From Octopus vulgaris (Eukaryota), in assembly GCA_951406725.2 (NCBI GenBank), contig OX597817.1:93434001-93498000 (forward strand): 64,000 nucleotides of DNA, in the 5' to 3' direction. The notes below the pieces were generated by a model that was not told the DNA's origin, made no database searches, and saw only the letters and a list, made by a program, of their open reading frames with translations. Made by a program: the position numbers and the translations under genes. The number at the start of each line of letters is the position of its first letter. The first letter of the stretch is position 1. Of this stretch, positions 30,800-44,322 are shown one piece after another.

Positions 30800-31500
30800 G
30801 TAGATAAATATATACTTACATATAAAAGACCAAAGTGTACGTACGCCGCTTTGTTATTATATATAAAACAATACAAAATGGGACAAGAACGCAAAACATC
30901 CGGACAGCTAGGTGATACAAAAAAGGGACAACAAAACATCCAGATAGACATACAAAGAAATCAAGGACAGGTCATTTGGAGTTTTCTTTCCTCAGTCGAG
31001 TTCCAGATTATCTTTGGATGTTTTGCGTACTTGTCACATTTTGTATTATATATATATATATATATACACTTACATATAAGAGACCAAAGTGTATGTATGC
31101 TGCCAAATGTATATAAAAAGGAATACAAAAAATGGGACAAGAACGCAAAAGATCCAGACAGCTAGATGATACAAAAGAGGGACAACAAAATATCCAGATA
31201 GATGTATACACATACATGTGTGTGTGTGTGTATAAATATATATATATATATGTATGTGTGTGTATGTATAAACATCCACATTAAGAAATCTAACAACGTA
31301 ATAGAAACAGATATATACTGTAAGCCCACGGACTCCAAACAATATCTACCGTTCAACTCATGTCACCCCAGACACACCAGAATGAATATCCCCTTCAACC
31401 TAGCAAAAAGGATATGTACTATAATTTCTAATTGAAATACCAGAGACACACGAATACATGAACTAAAGGATACACTCATCACGAGGAACTACCCACCTTC
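30800..31500. mobile_element. Penelope-derived fragments (pLTR-like repeats plus RT thumb fragment on +)
   Basis: ORF 31202-31435 TDIYCKPTDSKQYLPFNSCHPRHTRMNIPFNLAKRI; upstream repeats resemble the reverse complement of the 20.5-21.7 kb repeat. Confidence 0.7.
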
Positions 31501-32730
31501 TAAGTGAATTAAGTATAATTTAAATTGGGAGATAGTTTGTAAAGCTAAATCATATCGAATAGGTAATAATGTTTGTGACAACCACCAGTTGGCGATGGGA
31601 AGTGTTTCTCATTGCAAATATATATACTTTTCCCAGGGCTACAGATGCACATATGCAGTCAAGAACCATGAGTATGTAGAGTCATCCACATATATGTAGT
31701 TGCACATGTCTCAAATTTCTTAAGATAATTTAACATAAATTCATAAAAACATATCCTTTATTATTGCTATGTCAGAACTTGGGCTTTTATCTTGCATACT
31801 ACAGCGTGGGGTCACATGATCCTAAGTGTCCATTTTTATAAAAGAGGATATCATTGGAAGATTTAGCAGCTATTTTCTAGCACGTCAAGCTGGTATGTAG
31901 ATCTTACATTAGTGAACCTGTCTTATTTCAGTCTCTCTCCTTCTTCTCCTCATTCTCCCTCTCTCTTTCCCTCACAAAGTTTTACATTCCTCCTAGTTGT
32001 CCCTCAAACACCAACTTTGCATGGCCTCAAACGTTTTCTCTTTATTGGTTTATAAACACCAACAAAAATACCGAATGTAAAAAAATTATATAAAAACATC
32101 CCAATAATTTACAAGTGTATTAATTTTAGTCGCAGTTGTTTATCTTCAGTTCAACTATGATTAAACAGACTTACGATTCTAATTGTAACCACCCAGTTTT
32201 TCAATTTTTTTCTAATCAGACACAATTTATCTAGAACTACACTATCCAATGTACCATACCATTCCCTTTTATGAGGTAGTAGGGGTGAATTTGATGGTCA
32301 CTTATTATTTCAAGCATTCTGAACAAACTTATTTGAATTGTTGGTGTTGTTCTTGCTTCCAGATTTATTAATTTCAGTATGTGTTCACATCTATTTTCCT
32401 ATCACTTCAATTTGCAATTCAGATAATAGATACAGTTACTATTCTTTCAAATATAATTCTCTTTACATTTTACCTCTCACCACATACTTTCTATTTTCAA
32501 ACCTTTTCTCTGTTACAACACACCTGTTTACAACAGAACTATTTACTTGATATTAATAAATATGACACACTCTGAACAAGTACTCGCAAATAGCTCCATT
32601 TCCTGTTCCTTAAACATAACTTAAATACACACACTCACGCATATGAGTGTATGTGTGTACATACACATGCATGTGTATGTAGTCATTAATTTCGCTTTAT
32701 GTTCCGTTATATATACATATATATCCTTTG

Positions 32731-32787
<57 letters not shown>

Positions 32788-33049
32788 CATGCACATCAAA
32801 GTAATGAAGGACAGCAAATGTCCTCAATACTGTAGAGCAGTGATGTACAACCTTTTTCAGGAGGTGCTTCACAAAATTCACGAGAACATTTTCGTGGATG
32901 ACCAAATACGAATTTACTTCTAATTATTTTAAGGAACAACTCAGTAGGACATAAATATTTCAGATTAACAAATTTAATCATATATTATATTAAATAAGAT
33001 ATAAATTTAATACTTTTGTTTACAATCTGACCAGGTGGCACATTATGTA

Positions 33050-33900
33050 CTCGAGTAACATACTTCATATTGCTTTAGAACATTCAGCTAGGTTGCATCT
33101 TAGTTGCCAGTAAGGATCCAACCTTATGACAAACTGGCGTCTCATTCAAGCCTTGTAATTTCAGCCTAAAAATCTTGAAAATCTGTATAAACTGCAACCT
33201 CAGTGTCCTGCAGATTGGAGGCAGTCTTCACATTAAAAATTTGTGACTGCTTTGGTTTTATGAAACTCACTATAGACTACCAAAACTTGAGCCACTTGAA
33301 CCATATGGTGTAGCACTGCTGTAGTATGTGAATAATTTAATTTGGTCATCTGAAACAAACAGTGCTCAATACTGGCAATGACTGCTAACTTTTTAGGGGT
33401 GCAACAGTGGGTTTGAGTAGTGTTTAGGTGACTCTCCTACATCTAATCACTGTCCTGTTCTGCTGTTGTCAAAGAGTATTCATTTCTCATCACAAATAAT
33501 GATTTGATGCAAAAATGATCTTTTTTCAGATGAGAAAGCAATAAGGAGCACACTCTGAGGTGTCTGTTTTTTTTTAATCTCGTTCAGTTGAGGTGGAATA
33601 AACCTATCCATTTTCTTGACTTTTCCAATTTTTTTATAGGTGTCCAAAAACAGTTGTGAGGGATGCTTGGAGTTCTGACGAAAGTTTTTGAAAATTTGTT
33701 CTCAGATTTTGTTCACCTAAAGCATTTAATCCATCATGCCAAATAACTGATTTTGGCCTACCCCTTGGTTTATTTTCAAGGCTATCATTTTGTGAACAAG
33801 AGCTTTGGAACCATCTCTAAATAGTTCTGATGTCAACAAAACTATTACCAAAGGCACGCTTGATATTCCATAGAGCTTCTGCGGCAGAGTGACCTAGTTT
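33050..33900 (-). mobile_element. Decayed mariner transposase
   Basis: Minus-strand fragments resembling NI.RAFG..RWF..LENKPRGRP, IGKVKKMDRFIP.QLNE and IICDEK. Confidence 0.6.
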
Positions 33901-34473
33901 GTACTCATTTGAGAAAACCACTCAACATAGTTTATTATCATTTTCATAAGGTCTGTAGGTACGAATTTTGTATGCCAATATTGTTGGGAAAGAAAAAGAG
34001 TCAAGATTAAATGCAAGGTATATATAATTTAGATTTTTAAATAACTGAAATAACAAGTAATTAAAAATGCGACCATTCATGTGAAACAACCTAATAGTAA
34101 TACCAAAACAGATTACAGAGAAAATAATCCCAGTATTTGGTTACTGAATCAGCACGTGTTAGCTTATGAGAAAAGCTTTTATCAATCTACTTGTAATGAA
34201 TTTTGCTGGGGTTTTTTTTCTAATCTATTCCAACATGCTGATACTTTTAAACAGAAAAAAAAATTTGTCAGTGTTAGTTTTTAAGTCGACCAAGTTAAAT
34301 TATACATAAATAAATGGAGTGTGCAAGTAAGATATACCTTACTAACACTAACAGATCTAGAATGATAATAACTCCAAATAAGAACTGATTTGAGGAGCCA
34401 TGCAAGACCTGCCCAACTCATGCCAGCAAGGAAAAGTAAATACAAAAAAGTTTTTTGACTGTATGGATAGGCT

Positions 34474-34862
34474 CTGGCATGGCTGTGTAGTAAGAAGCGT
34501 GCTTCCCAGCCACATGGTTTCAAATTCTGTCCTACTGCATAGCATCTAGGGCAAGTGTTTTCTACTACAGCCATGAGCCAACCAAAGCCTTGTGAGTGGA
34601 TTTGGTAGATGGAAACTGAAAGAAGCCCATCAAATATATATATATATGTATGTATTTGCACATATCTATGTATGTATCCTTGTGTTTGTACTCCACCACC
34701 ACTTGACAACAGGTATTGGTTTGTTAATGTCCCCATATCATAGCCATTCGACAGACAAAAGAGACACCAACACAATGAGAACCAAGCTTAGAAATAAATA
34801 ATGGCGTCGTTTTGTTTGACTAAACCCTTCGAGGTGGTGCCCCAGCACAGCTGCAGTCTAAT

Positions 34863-34866
<4 letters not shown>
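34474..34866 (+). mobile_element. tRNA-derived SINE (family of 22545-22957)
   Basis: ggcatggctgtgtagtaagaag...gccttgtgagtggatttggtagatggaaactgaaagaagccc. Confidence 0.8.
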
Positions 34867-34909
<43 letters not shown>

Positions 34910-35082
34910 AAATTAGAAAATGGAGAAACATACTTAAATCAATCAAACATCAACCATCAGATGATACCCAATCAATACTTTATTACACCATTACATAACA
35001 GCAAAGGCATTATACAAAATATATTGTAAATATAATTAGACAAGGAATAGAAATATAAAATATAATATATAATTATATCATA

Positions 35083-35193
35083 TCTGACAGCTGTTTTGGC
35101 CGTGAGGACAAGTATGCCTCATTTAACCTATAAGCCATATAAGGCAGGTATAAATGAGACATTAACAAGGATGTCCCACGGCCTCTTCAGAGA
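35083..35193 (-). ncRNA. Hammerhead ribozyme copy, probably inactive (GAAA to AAAA)
   Basis: Reverse complement of 37546-37647 with a CpG-type change at G12. Confidence 0.65.
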
Positions 35194-35520
35194 GTTTAAT
35201 TTAATATAAGTGTGAAAAAATTTTTTTACATATAAATATAAAAATATAAAAATGTGTGCATAGACACTCATAATACTACACATATATATATACTCATTAA
35301 TACAATAATACAAAATAAACAAAATATATCAATATACATTAACAAACACAGTTATTCTACATATTGGACTTCTAGTTCCATAACTAACCTCAAGGAAAAT
35401 ATATGCACATTCACATTTAAATTTAAATCAGACATATATACATAAAAAATAATAAAAAAAACACACAGTTCAGTTCATAAAATTATAACCCTACAAAAGT
35501 CAATAAAAATTACTATTAAT

Positions 35521-35557
<37 letters not shown>

Positions 35558-37181
35558 ACCATGACTGTACCAAGTACATCAATCGGACATCTACATTTCT
35601 ATAAGTCTAATTCCTCTGTCCGCTTGATATTGATTATTCTAGATTGATTCGATTGGCTTATAGTTTTAAATTTGAATCACAAAGGAAATTTTACGGTTAG
35701 TTAGTCAAGAAACGCACATATGCACACGCACATCCACAGATCCATCGCACATACATACATAATTATATGTATACACACACACATACACATACATAGCCAC
35801 AAACACAGCCAAACACATAAAGAAATAAATAATATAAGAGGTATAATCGTAACTATGCAGCCATCAAGCCTCTCCAAAATGACAACAATGCCGCTGTATT
35901 AACTAAGAAGATCAACTCACATATTTCCATAAAATATTTATTGTAAAGATACATATAATTATATCAAGACATAGAATGTAATTTTTTCATATTAATTGTA
36001 ATAATTGTAATTACTTAAGATTAAAATGTGATAAAATAAATAAGAAGGAATAATTAAAATTACAAATAGAGTATAAGTACAAACTAGTATACATGTATCC
36101 ATATATTATTAAAATAAATAATTGATATGTATGTATGTATATATCTACATTTAAATAAATAAATAAATAAGTAAATGACTAAATAAATAGATAGATACCA
36201 TAGAAAACAAATTCAGATAAATACACAGGTACATCTAATATATAGTAATGCTAATATGCATATATCCACATATGCATAAAAGAGTATATAGGTAAATAAA
36301 TAACATAAAATAAAGTGAAGATATATATTGAAGAAAGTACATATATAAACGTAGTATACAGGCTACTATTATGTAAACTCATACCTATAGATAATGAGTA
36401 AAAAAATAAATAGATGAATAACATAATGTACAAATCAAGATGACTACAAATATAGACTAAATATATAAGACTGCTAATATGTATAAAGCCAAATGTGAGT
36501 AAATGAATAGGTTTATTAATAAATAGCATAAGATACAAATTTAGGTGAGTACAAAGATACATTAAATATACAATATATAAGCCTGCCAAATAAAAACCTG
36601 TAAAAACTCATATACTCAACCAAAACAAACAAAATCCAATATAGACTCTCATTTATTGCATATTAGTATTACAGTATCTAAAACCAGGTATCTAACTATG
36701 ATATTCATACACACTCTGTAATTTTAGAAAATACGGTGTCATATGAATTGTGCACCTTATGAAAAAATTACATTCTATGTCTTGATATAATTATATGTAT
36801 CTTTACAATAAATATTTTATGGAAATATGTGAGTTGATCTTCTTAGTTAATACAGCGGCATTGTTGTCATTTTGGAGAGGCTTGATGGCTGCATAGTTAC
36901 GATTATACCTCTTATATTATTTATTTATTAATGTGTTTGGCTGTGTTTGTGGCTATGTATGTGTGTGTGTGTGTATACATATAATTATGTATGTATGTGC
37001 GATGGATCTGTGGATGTGCGTGTGCGTTTCTTGACTAACTAACCGTAAAATTTCCATTGTGATTCAAATTTAAAACTATAAGCCAATCGAATCAATCTAG
37101 AATAATCAATATCAAGCGGACAGAGGAATTAGACTTATAGAAATGTAGATGTCCGATTGATGTACTTGGTACAGTCATGGT

Positions 37182-37218
<37 letters not shown>

Positions 37219-37545
37219 ATTAATAGTAATTTTTATTGACTTTTGTAGGGTTATAATTTTATGAACTGAACTGTGTGTTTTTTTTATTATTTTTTATGTA
37301 TATATGTCTGATTTAAATTTAAATGTGAATGTGCATATATTTTCCTTGAGGTTAGTTATGGAACTAGAAGTCCAATATGTAGAATAACTGTGTTTGTTAA
37401 TGTATATTGATATATTTTGTTTATTTTGTATTATTGTATTAATGAGTATATATATATGTGTAGTATTATGAGTGTCTATGCACACATTTTTATATTTTTA
37501 TATTTATATGTAAAAAAATTTTTTCACACTTATATTAAATTAAAC

Positions 37546-37647
37546 TCTCTGAAGAGGCCGTGGGACATCCTTGTTAATGTCTCATTTATACCTGCCTTAT
37601 AGGTTAAATGAGGCATACTTGTCCTCACGGCCGAAACAGCTGTCAGA
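37546..37647 (+). ncRNA. Type-I hammerhead ribozyme with extended, branched stem II
   Basis: tct-CTGAAGA-ggccgtg...cacggcc-GAAAC-agct-GTC-aga; canonical core; palindromic stem III ACAGCTGT. Confidence 0.85.
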
Positions 37648-38151
37648 TATGATATAATTTGCTGTTATGTAATGGTGTAATAAAGTATTGATTGGGTATC
37701 ATCTGATGGTTGATGTTTGATTGATTTAAGTATGTTTCTCCATTTTCTAATTTTGTATTATTAATTTACGGTAATATTTTTACCCTTGCCCACATAATAC
37801 AGTAGATGAATTAATTGCATGGCAATTTTTAACATTTATGTATTAGTCTTGTTGGGTACCTCTCTAGCAGTATATTGGATATATGTTATCCCATGGTGGG
37901 TTGAATTTCCAACCCCTATCTCATTTTATAACCGATATATATATATATACACACACATATTTCATATAAGTAAAAAAATACTCATGTTGTAGAGCATAAT
38001 TGTTTATTGCTGTTCTCAGATAATATCTTCAACGTTACTATTCTGCATCTCACATGACAATTTCTGAGATGAAGAGTTGGGAAATCTTGAAAATATCCAA
38101 GATGGCACACCTACCTATTGAATTGGGTTCCTACATAAAAATGACTCAGTA

Positions 38152-38961
38152 CAGTGATCCCTCGCTACTTTGCGGTTCAACTATCGCGGATTCACAACTT
38201 CACGGATTTTTTAAATATATGTACATGAACACCTAAAATTTTTCATTAAATACATTAAAATATCAATAATAAATATTATTTCCTAGTCTAAGAACAACAA
38301 AGCGAGCATAAAATAGCAAAAAAAAAGCATATATAGGGGTATTTGAACACAGCTTTCTATTTTATAATCTGGCCTGTGATTGGTGCTTAGACCGATGCTC
38401 AGATCCGCATCATCTTCCCTTGTCTCTCACTTGCAGCCATTTCGCTTCAAGCTTTCTCGCCGAGTGGTTTACTGTACTACTTTACGCTGTGCTGTGTGTG
38501 ATTTTTTTTTTGTTTTGTTTCTTTGCGTTTTCATCCCCTGCAATGGCTCCTAAACGTGCTGCTTCTTCCAAGGCTGGTACTGAGCCTAAACGCAAACGAA
38601 GAATGTTTTTGCAGCCTCGCAAAAAAGAGCCAGTTCCTGCTGCTACTATGGTTGCACATTCAGAAGTGGAAGAGGTGTCCCAGGAAAGGACACCACCGTC
38701 AGCTTCATCATCATTCAAATTTTACTTCAACTTCTTTCGTGTTGAATACAGTAACAATCTTTTTTTTAAATCTAAAGTATTATTGCTTAACAGTTGTCCT
38801 TGTTACTAATAGACTACTGTAATGGGTGGGTTGTTAACAGTACAGGGAGGGTTTTAAAAGTCCAAATACGCGTTAAATAAATACTGTAAATAGTGTGTCC
38901 CTACTTCGCGCAAATTCAGTTATCGCAGCCGGTCTCGGAACCAATCTACGAGGGATCATTG
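38152..38961 (+). mobile_element. Tigger/pogo-like non-autonomous DNA transposon
   Basis: TIRs cagtgatccctcg / cgagggatcattg with TA flanks; transposase N-terminal remnant MAPKRAASSKAGTEPKRKRRM. Confidence 0.8.
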
Positions 38962-39119
38962 TACACAAAGTGGGAGATAATCTGCGAAGTGCTTCAGGGG
39001 AAATAACTTCATTTGCTGGCCCGTTAAATGGGAGGTAACTGTTTTTACCGTAACATTTGAATTTTCAATCTATGTTTGTAATCCAATACACGTAAATAAA
39101 AGGAGCTAGCATCTGTAAC

Positions 39120-40490
39120 TACATTCGATTTTAAGGATTGGCACGATATAATGGAACAATGCAAACAATGTTTCTCCCCTCTGTGTTGAAAGGAACACAC
39201 AGTTGAGTACGGCGAAAAATTGCTCGACCGGTTGTGACGGGCGAGGGTCTAGAGACAGTAGTGGAATGTAGCACCTGCATAGGTAGCATCTCTCACCTAA
39301 CGACAGAAAATGCGAGGCTTTCCAAGAAGATTACAGCAGCCACTAAAATATGGGCGGCACTAACCAGTGAAACGAAGTGCAAACTGCCTAGTTTGGAAGG
39401 TCTGTTCTTCGACCTACGAGTTCATGCCCACGTGTTTGACGACCTCTTGGTAGATTTCTTCCGCAACCGGTGAAATAACCAGAAAATCTTCAGTAGTGTG
39501 AACCGCTGGATGCTGCTGAGAAAGGAGGGTGTCCGAATTTTTCGCTGTACTGGAAAGCCGCATCCTTCTGTTCGGAACTGACTAGGATGCACCCATCCGC
39601 AGTTCGGACTGTGACTTTGTTGCGGTCAGACACTAGACTCAGCCTTGATTCTACATCTCGTCGCCGCAACTTAGACTCCTCGAACAGCTTTAGTTTTTTC
39701 GTATTTTTAGCATGCGGGCTTTAACTCTGACAATGCAGTCTTCGGTGCCTTAGCTAATTGTTTTTTTCTTCTTGCAAAATAGCTCCCACTCAAATCGATT
39801 CCTCTCCACCTCCAGCTCTTTGCTAAACCCTGTCAATTCTCATCTATTTTCCCACTTCAAGGCAACCCATCACTGTTGTTAACCACCTCCTAATTCGCTA
39901 ATCTATCCTTGAGGCTACATTTAGCTTTAAGTAGCCGATTCCTAAGTCGGGTGTGTAGATCGCAAACGTATACAGCATGTCGCCCACAAGCTTGGACACA
40001 CTATCTAGACATGATCTGGATGACCCGTTATGGTTCCTCTGTCATCACAGGTAAACTCGGGAAATCTAGTTACATTCAAGCTTGCTTTTTAACACCATAC
40101 GTCCTAGCCTGCACAATTCTGGTTCCCTTTCAAAACTAGAGATTGGTTCCTCCTCAAGAAAGCTTCAAGACGACTGACGAAATAGAGTCTTTTTGCACCT
40201 GTTGGTCACTGATTCGAAGCCATCATGGTCTGCACCATTAATTTACTGTACAGTTCTAGGAAGATTGCCAACACTTCGATACCTAAAGATTTCTAGAATA
40301 ACACTACCAAGTTGCCAGCCCATGAGATAAATATACCTTGTATTCGTTAAAAAGGGTTCGACTGCATCTCCAGAGAACTACCCTTCTTCATATGCCGCCC
40401 TCACGACAAGGTCTTTAAGCAAGTGAACAAGCTAACCTGTGCACATTTATACACCCTACTCTGAGGACAGTCATATTCAAAAAGAAAACG
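39120..40490. mobile_element. Heavily decayed, rearranged Tx1/L1-like LINE
   Basis: Plus-strand ORF 39234-39473 resembles the pre-RT KSPGLDG region; ~39600-40100 reads on minus as endonuclease/linker (SSRS.LD, FSKELEVERNR). Confidence 0.45.
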
Positions 40491-43400
40491 GAAGAAGTCA
40501 CTCACCTTGGTCCTCAAGCAGGTCGATTGATCTGATCTCCTCCTAGGAAGTTTCAAAAGGCCTTTGTAAAGTATTTCTATTTAACATTTTTGTTAAAAGC
40601 CTGACGTAAGAGAGACATTCTTTCACTTTAACTCTGTATGTCTGAGTTTCTGTAATAATGGTGTCTTTAGATCATCAAACCCTTCCCTATTGATGCTAAG
40701 ATTCTATTTACTACCCCCTCCATCAATTCAGTGTGTGCTTTTTTTAAGCAACAGTAAAGTTGATATATTTTACAGTTGTGACTGATTTTGTCTGTTTTTT
40801 TTTTCTGCGATTGTAATTTGAGTTTTGTTTGTTTTTGTTGCAATCGTGTGATTAGAGGACATCTACCATCCCTTCAAATAAATTAGCATTTATCTTGGAG
40901 CAATTATCTTTTGTCTCCTACATCATTCTTCCATCTGTTATTAGCCTGTTCATTTTTTTTTTGGGGGGGGGGTATTTACTTCATTGCTCAGTAAGATCTC
41001 TGACTCAGGGAAGACTGAAGTAGCTGTGAGTGGGGCTGGTTATTCATGTTTATGTTCTGCTGAGTATCAATAACAATGTTGAGAAATATTTTTTGGGTGG
41101 GAGTTTTGTCAGAGCCTGTTGTTGCTTATGTATTAGTTATTTCAGATTTTGCTGCTGCTCATTAATGCGTTTAAAGGGTGGGGGTTGCATTTTGCCCTTT
41201 AATCCAAGTAGAAATCCCTCAAATAGTTAATGGCACCTGGACTTTCTCCCTTCAACTGCCAAAAATAGCTAAGCTTCATTTGGTAGTTTAATTTGGAGCA
41301 AGAGTTCTATTCCATCCCCAACCTATTTTACTTTTCTATTTTCAAGTATTTCTAGAATATTTGTTTCATCAACTGAAGGCGAAAATATCACCACTATTAG
41401 CCACAAGATTCTTATATCTAGCAGCATGTCCACAACTCTCACCTTCATATACCTGCCCAGATAAGTTGGCATGAAGATGAAATTCATCTTCAACAGAATC
41501 ATGGAATGGCTCCTAGCTTTGACTCACATGGCAAATCTGACGTCTACTCTGCCAAATTGTTTTCCAATTGCTCCCCTGTAGATTTCAGGCATCTTTCTAC
41601 CCATGCATATGTGAGCATCTCATCCTTTAACATCCGTTTTTCATGCTGCCATGGGTTGGACTTTGTGTTTTTATATTTATGCTTTATTATGTTACTGTAT
41701 GTGCTTTTCTTTTCTATAATCTCTGGTATGTCCAACAAAATTGTTTTGTTATAAATCCTGATATTCTAACAGATGATAGAACCACCTACCACAGAAAGCA
41801 ACAGTGACAGTGTTGGAGTTAGCAATAGTTTTTCCTGTATTCAGTTAACATATAGCTGAATTTGTCTTGCAATTGTTTTCTCATGAGATGGCAAATTTTC
41901 ATTGAAAATATATACGTATGCTATTGCTGTTGTAGTTGTTACAATTCTGTTTTTATTATTGCACTATCCTTTAGATTATTATCATTTGTGAAGTTCACAT
42001 GTGTGTTGCTGCTGTGGCAGAAACAGTATGATTCAAACTTGTTACATGTAACATTATTGTATCACTACTCTCTCCATTATTACATCATTTTCTCTTCTTT
42101 CTCAACTTGTCTCATTGTGTCTATTTGTCTCCACAGTCAATGTGGGAAAATTTACATCCGTCTTGAAATTTTAAAAGGAAAAAATTATTTCTTTTCAAAA
42201 AAAAAATTACATCAGTAGAACCTCTGATATTGTGTGGGGAACTTTATACACAGAACAGACTCACCAACACTTAGCAAATTCCTTCTCGTCGATTATACAA
42301 ATATCAAATATAAATAGAATTCCATTCAAAGTGAAGCAAGTCAATATTTTTTTACCCGCTTCTTTTATAAATTCCTCAGAGCTGAAGTTAAGGGTGGCTT
42401 CCTTGAATGCCACCAATAATTAATAATTATTTCAAATTTTGTTACAAGAGCAGGAACTTTAGACGGAAGGATGTCAGTTGATTACATCAGCACCAGTTCT
42501 TAACTGCTACTTTATTTTATTGATCCTGGAGGATCTCAGTTCAAATTCTCTGTGGGATTTGAACTGAGATGGAAAGCATGAAAAATATGCTGACAGCATT
42601 TTCCAATACTTCACTGATTCTGCCAATCCATCACTCTTAATAATTATAATGATGATTTTTCACATAGGTACATGGACACATTGCATTAGAGCATATATCA
42701 ATTTGATGAAAAGCAAAGTCAACTGCAACAAGATGCAAAGGGACATAACTAAATCCAACCAACCAAATGTGACAACCGCAGACCTTAATAAAGACTAAAC
42801 ATAGATATGAAGTCTCAAATGTGAAGGAGGAGGGTAAGGTGTAATCTTATATCAACTCCAGTATTTATCTGGTAATATATTTTATCAACCCCAGAATGAT
42901 GTAAAGCAAACTTAATCTCAGTAGGATTTGAACTTAATGAGAAAATACACCACAAAGCATTTTGTTTGATGCTCTAACAATAACAAATTGATAAAAAAAT
43001 TTTTTTAAACAATAAAAATGTCTTTAAAAACAAAAGACAATTTAGAAAATTTTTTTTAATAAAAATTTTAATAAATAAAAAAAGTTTATCTTATTTAATT
43101 TCTTTGTTAATTGTTTGCATGAGTATGTGTACATTTGTATATATGTGTATTGATTTTTGTGCCTGTACAGATGTGTGTGTATGCACATAAATGTGTTGGT
43201 CTGTGTATGCATGCATGTGAATGTGTTGCTGGCTGTGTTTTGCCAAGTGCATCTGTGCAGTTATGTGTGTGTATGTTACTTTGTGTGTGCATGTACATGT
43301 GTGTGTGCTACTCTGTGTACATTTGTGTTATTACACGTGTGTATGTGTGAGAGTGTCACTACATGTGTGTGTGTGTGTGAGGAATGATATTAAAAATGCT

Positions 43401-44322
43401 ATGAATCCTAAAATGAGAAAAGATTGGTAAAAAATAACTGGATGGCAACAGATGATTTTTTTGGTGTTGTTTTGAAATTTATTTTAATTCTTAATATAAT
43501 ATTAGTAAATATCAATTTCTTTTTCTCTTTTTTCAATTGATGGAATAAATAAACTACAGTGGTGTGATGTGTGTGAAATTAATGTGGCATAAAATGAAGT
43601 GGTGTGAAGTAATGGATGTGGCATGGTGTGTGATACTGCTGATTAGAACTAGAGAATTAATGAGAGAGAGATATTTTGAGAAAAGAAGAGAAAGAAAAAG
43701 AGAGAGAGAGAGAGGGAGACAATAGAACAGACAAACTGCAGACATAGATACACTCTGCTCTAGCTTCCAGAAAGACAACACTAAAATTCAGGATGCTTGC
43801 CAAGGTACAACTATGTACCTCACCAGTGACTGATAAAGACAAAAAGACAACCAACACACACACTCACATACACACTGTACATCAATTCCTGCATGACCTA
43901 TACAGTTTGCTTCACACAAACACTAAAGACTATGGTCTCAGGTATGCGAGTCCAACTGTATGTAAGGGCCTACTTACCACATACACTTATAACAACAGTA
44001 TCCATTAAAAGAAATTAGATGAGGAGATGGAAGTTGAAGATGAAATACATTTGATGTTATGGTGTAGGGAAGGGCAGGAAGAAAGTTTCTGGGACTTTGG
44101 CTTAGAGAACTTCCAGGCAGGACTCCAAAATGATGAGGGGTGGGAGCTGGAGATAGTGTCAGAAGGAAAAGGTGTGAAAATAGAAAGGTGACTGTTGCTA
44201 CAAAAGAGGAATACACAGCAGGTTGGTTTTCTTCAGGATCTGCCAATAATTGGGGAGATGTTTCTGGCAGAGTCTAGCTTAAGTCACCATGGTAGCTGAA
44301 ATGAAAAATAGACTGGTTTTAT

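Larger units (their letters stand above)
34905..37935. mobile_element. Large non-coding fold-back element with ~1 kb inverted arms carrying hammerheads
   Basis: ~34905-35991 is the reverse complement of ~36758-37758; ~770-bp spacer; mirrored ORFs 35254-35445 and 37294-37485; right boundary beyond 37758 is tentative. Confidence 0.85.
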
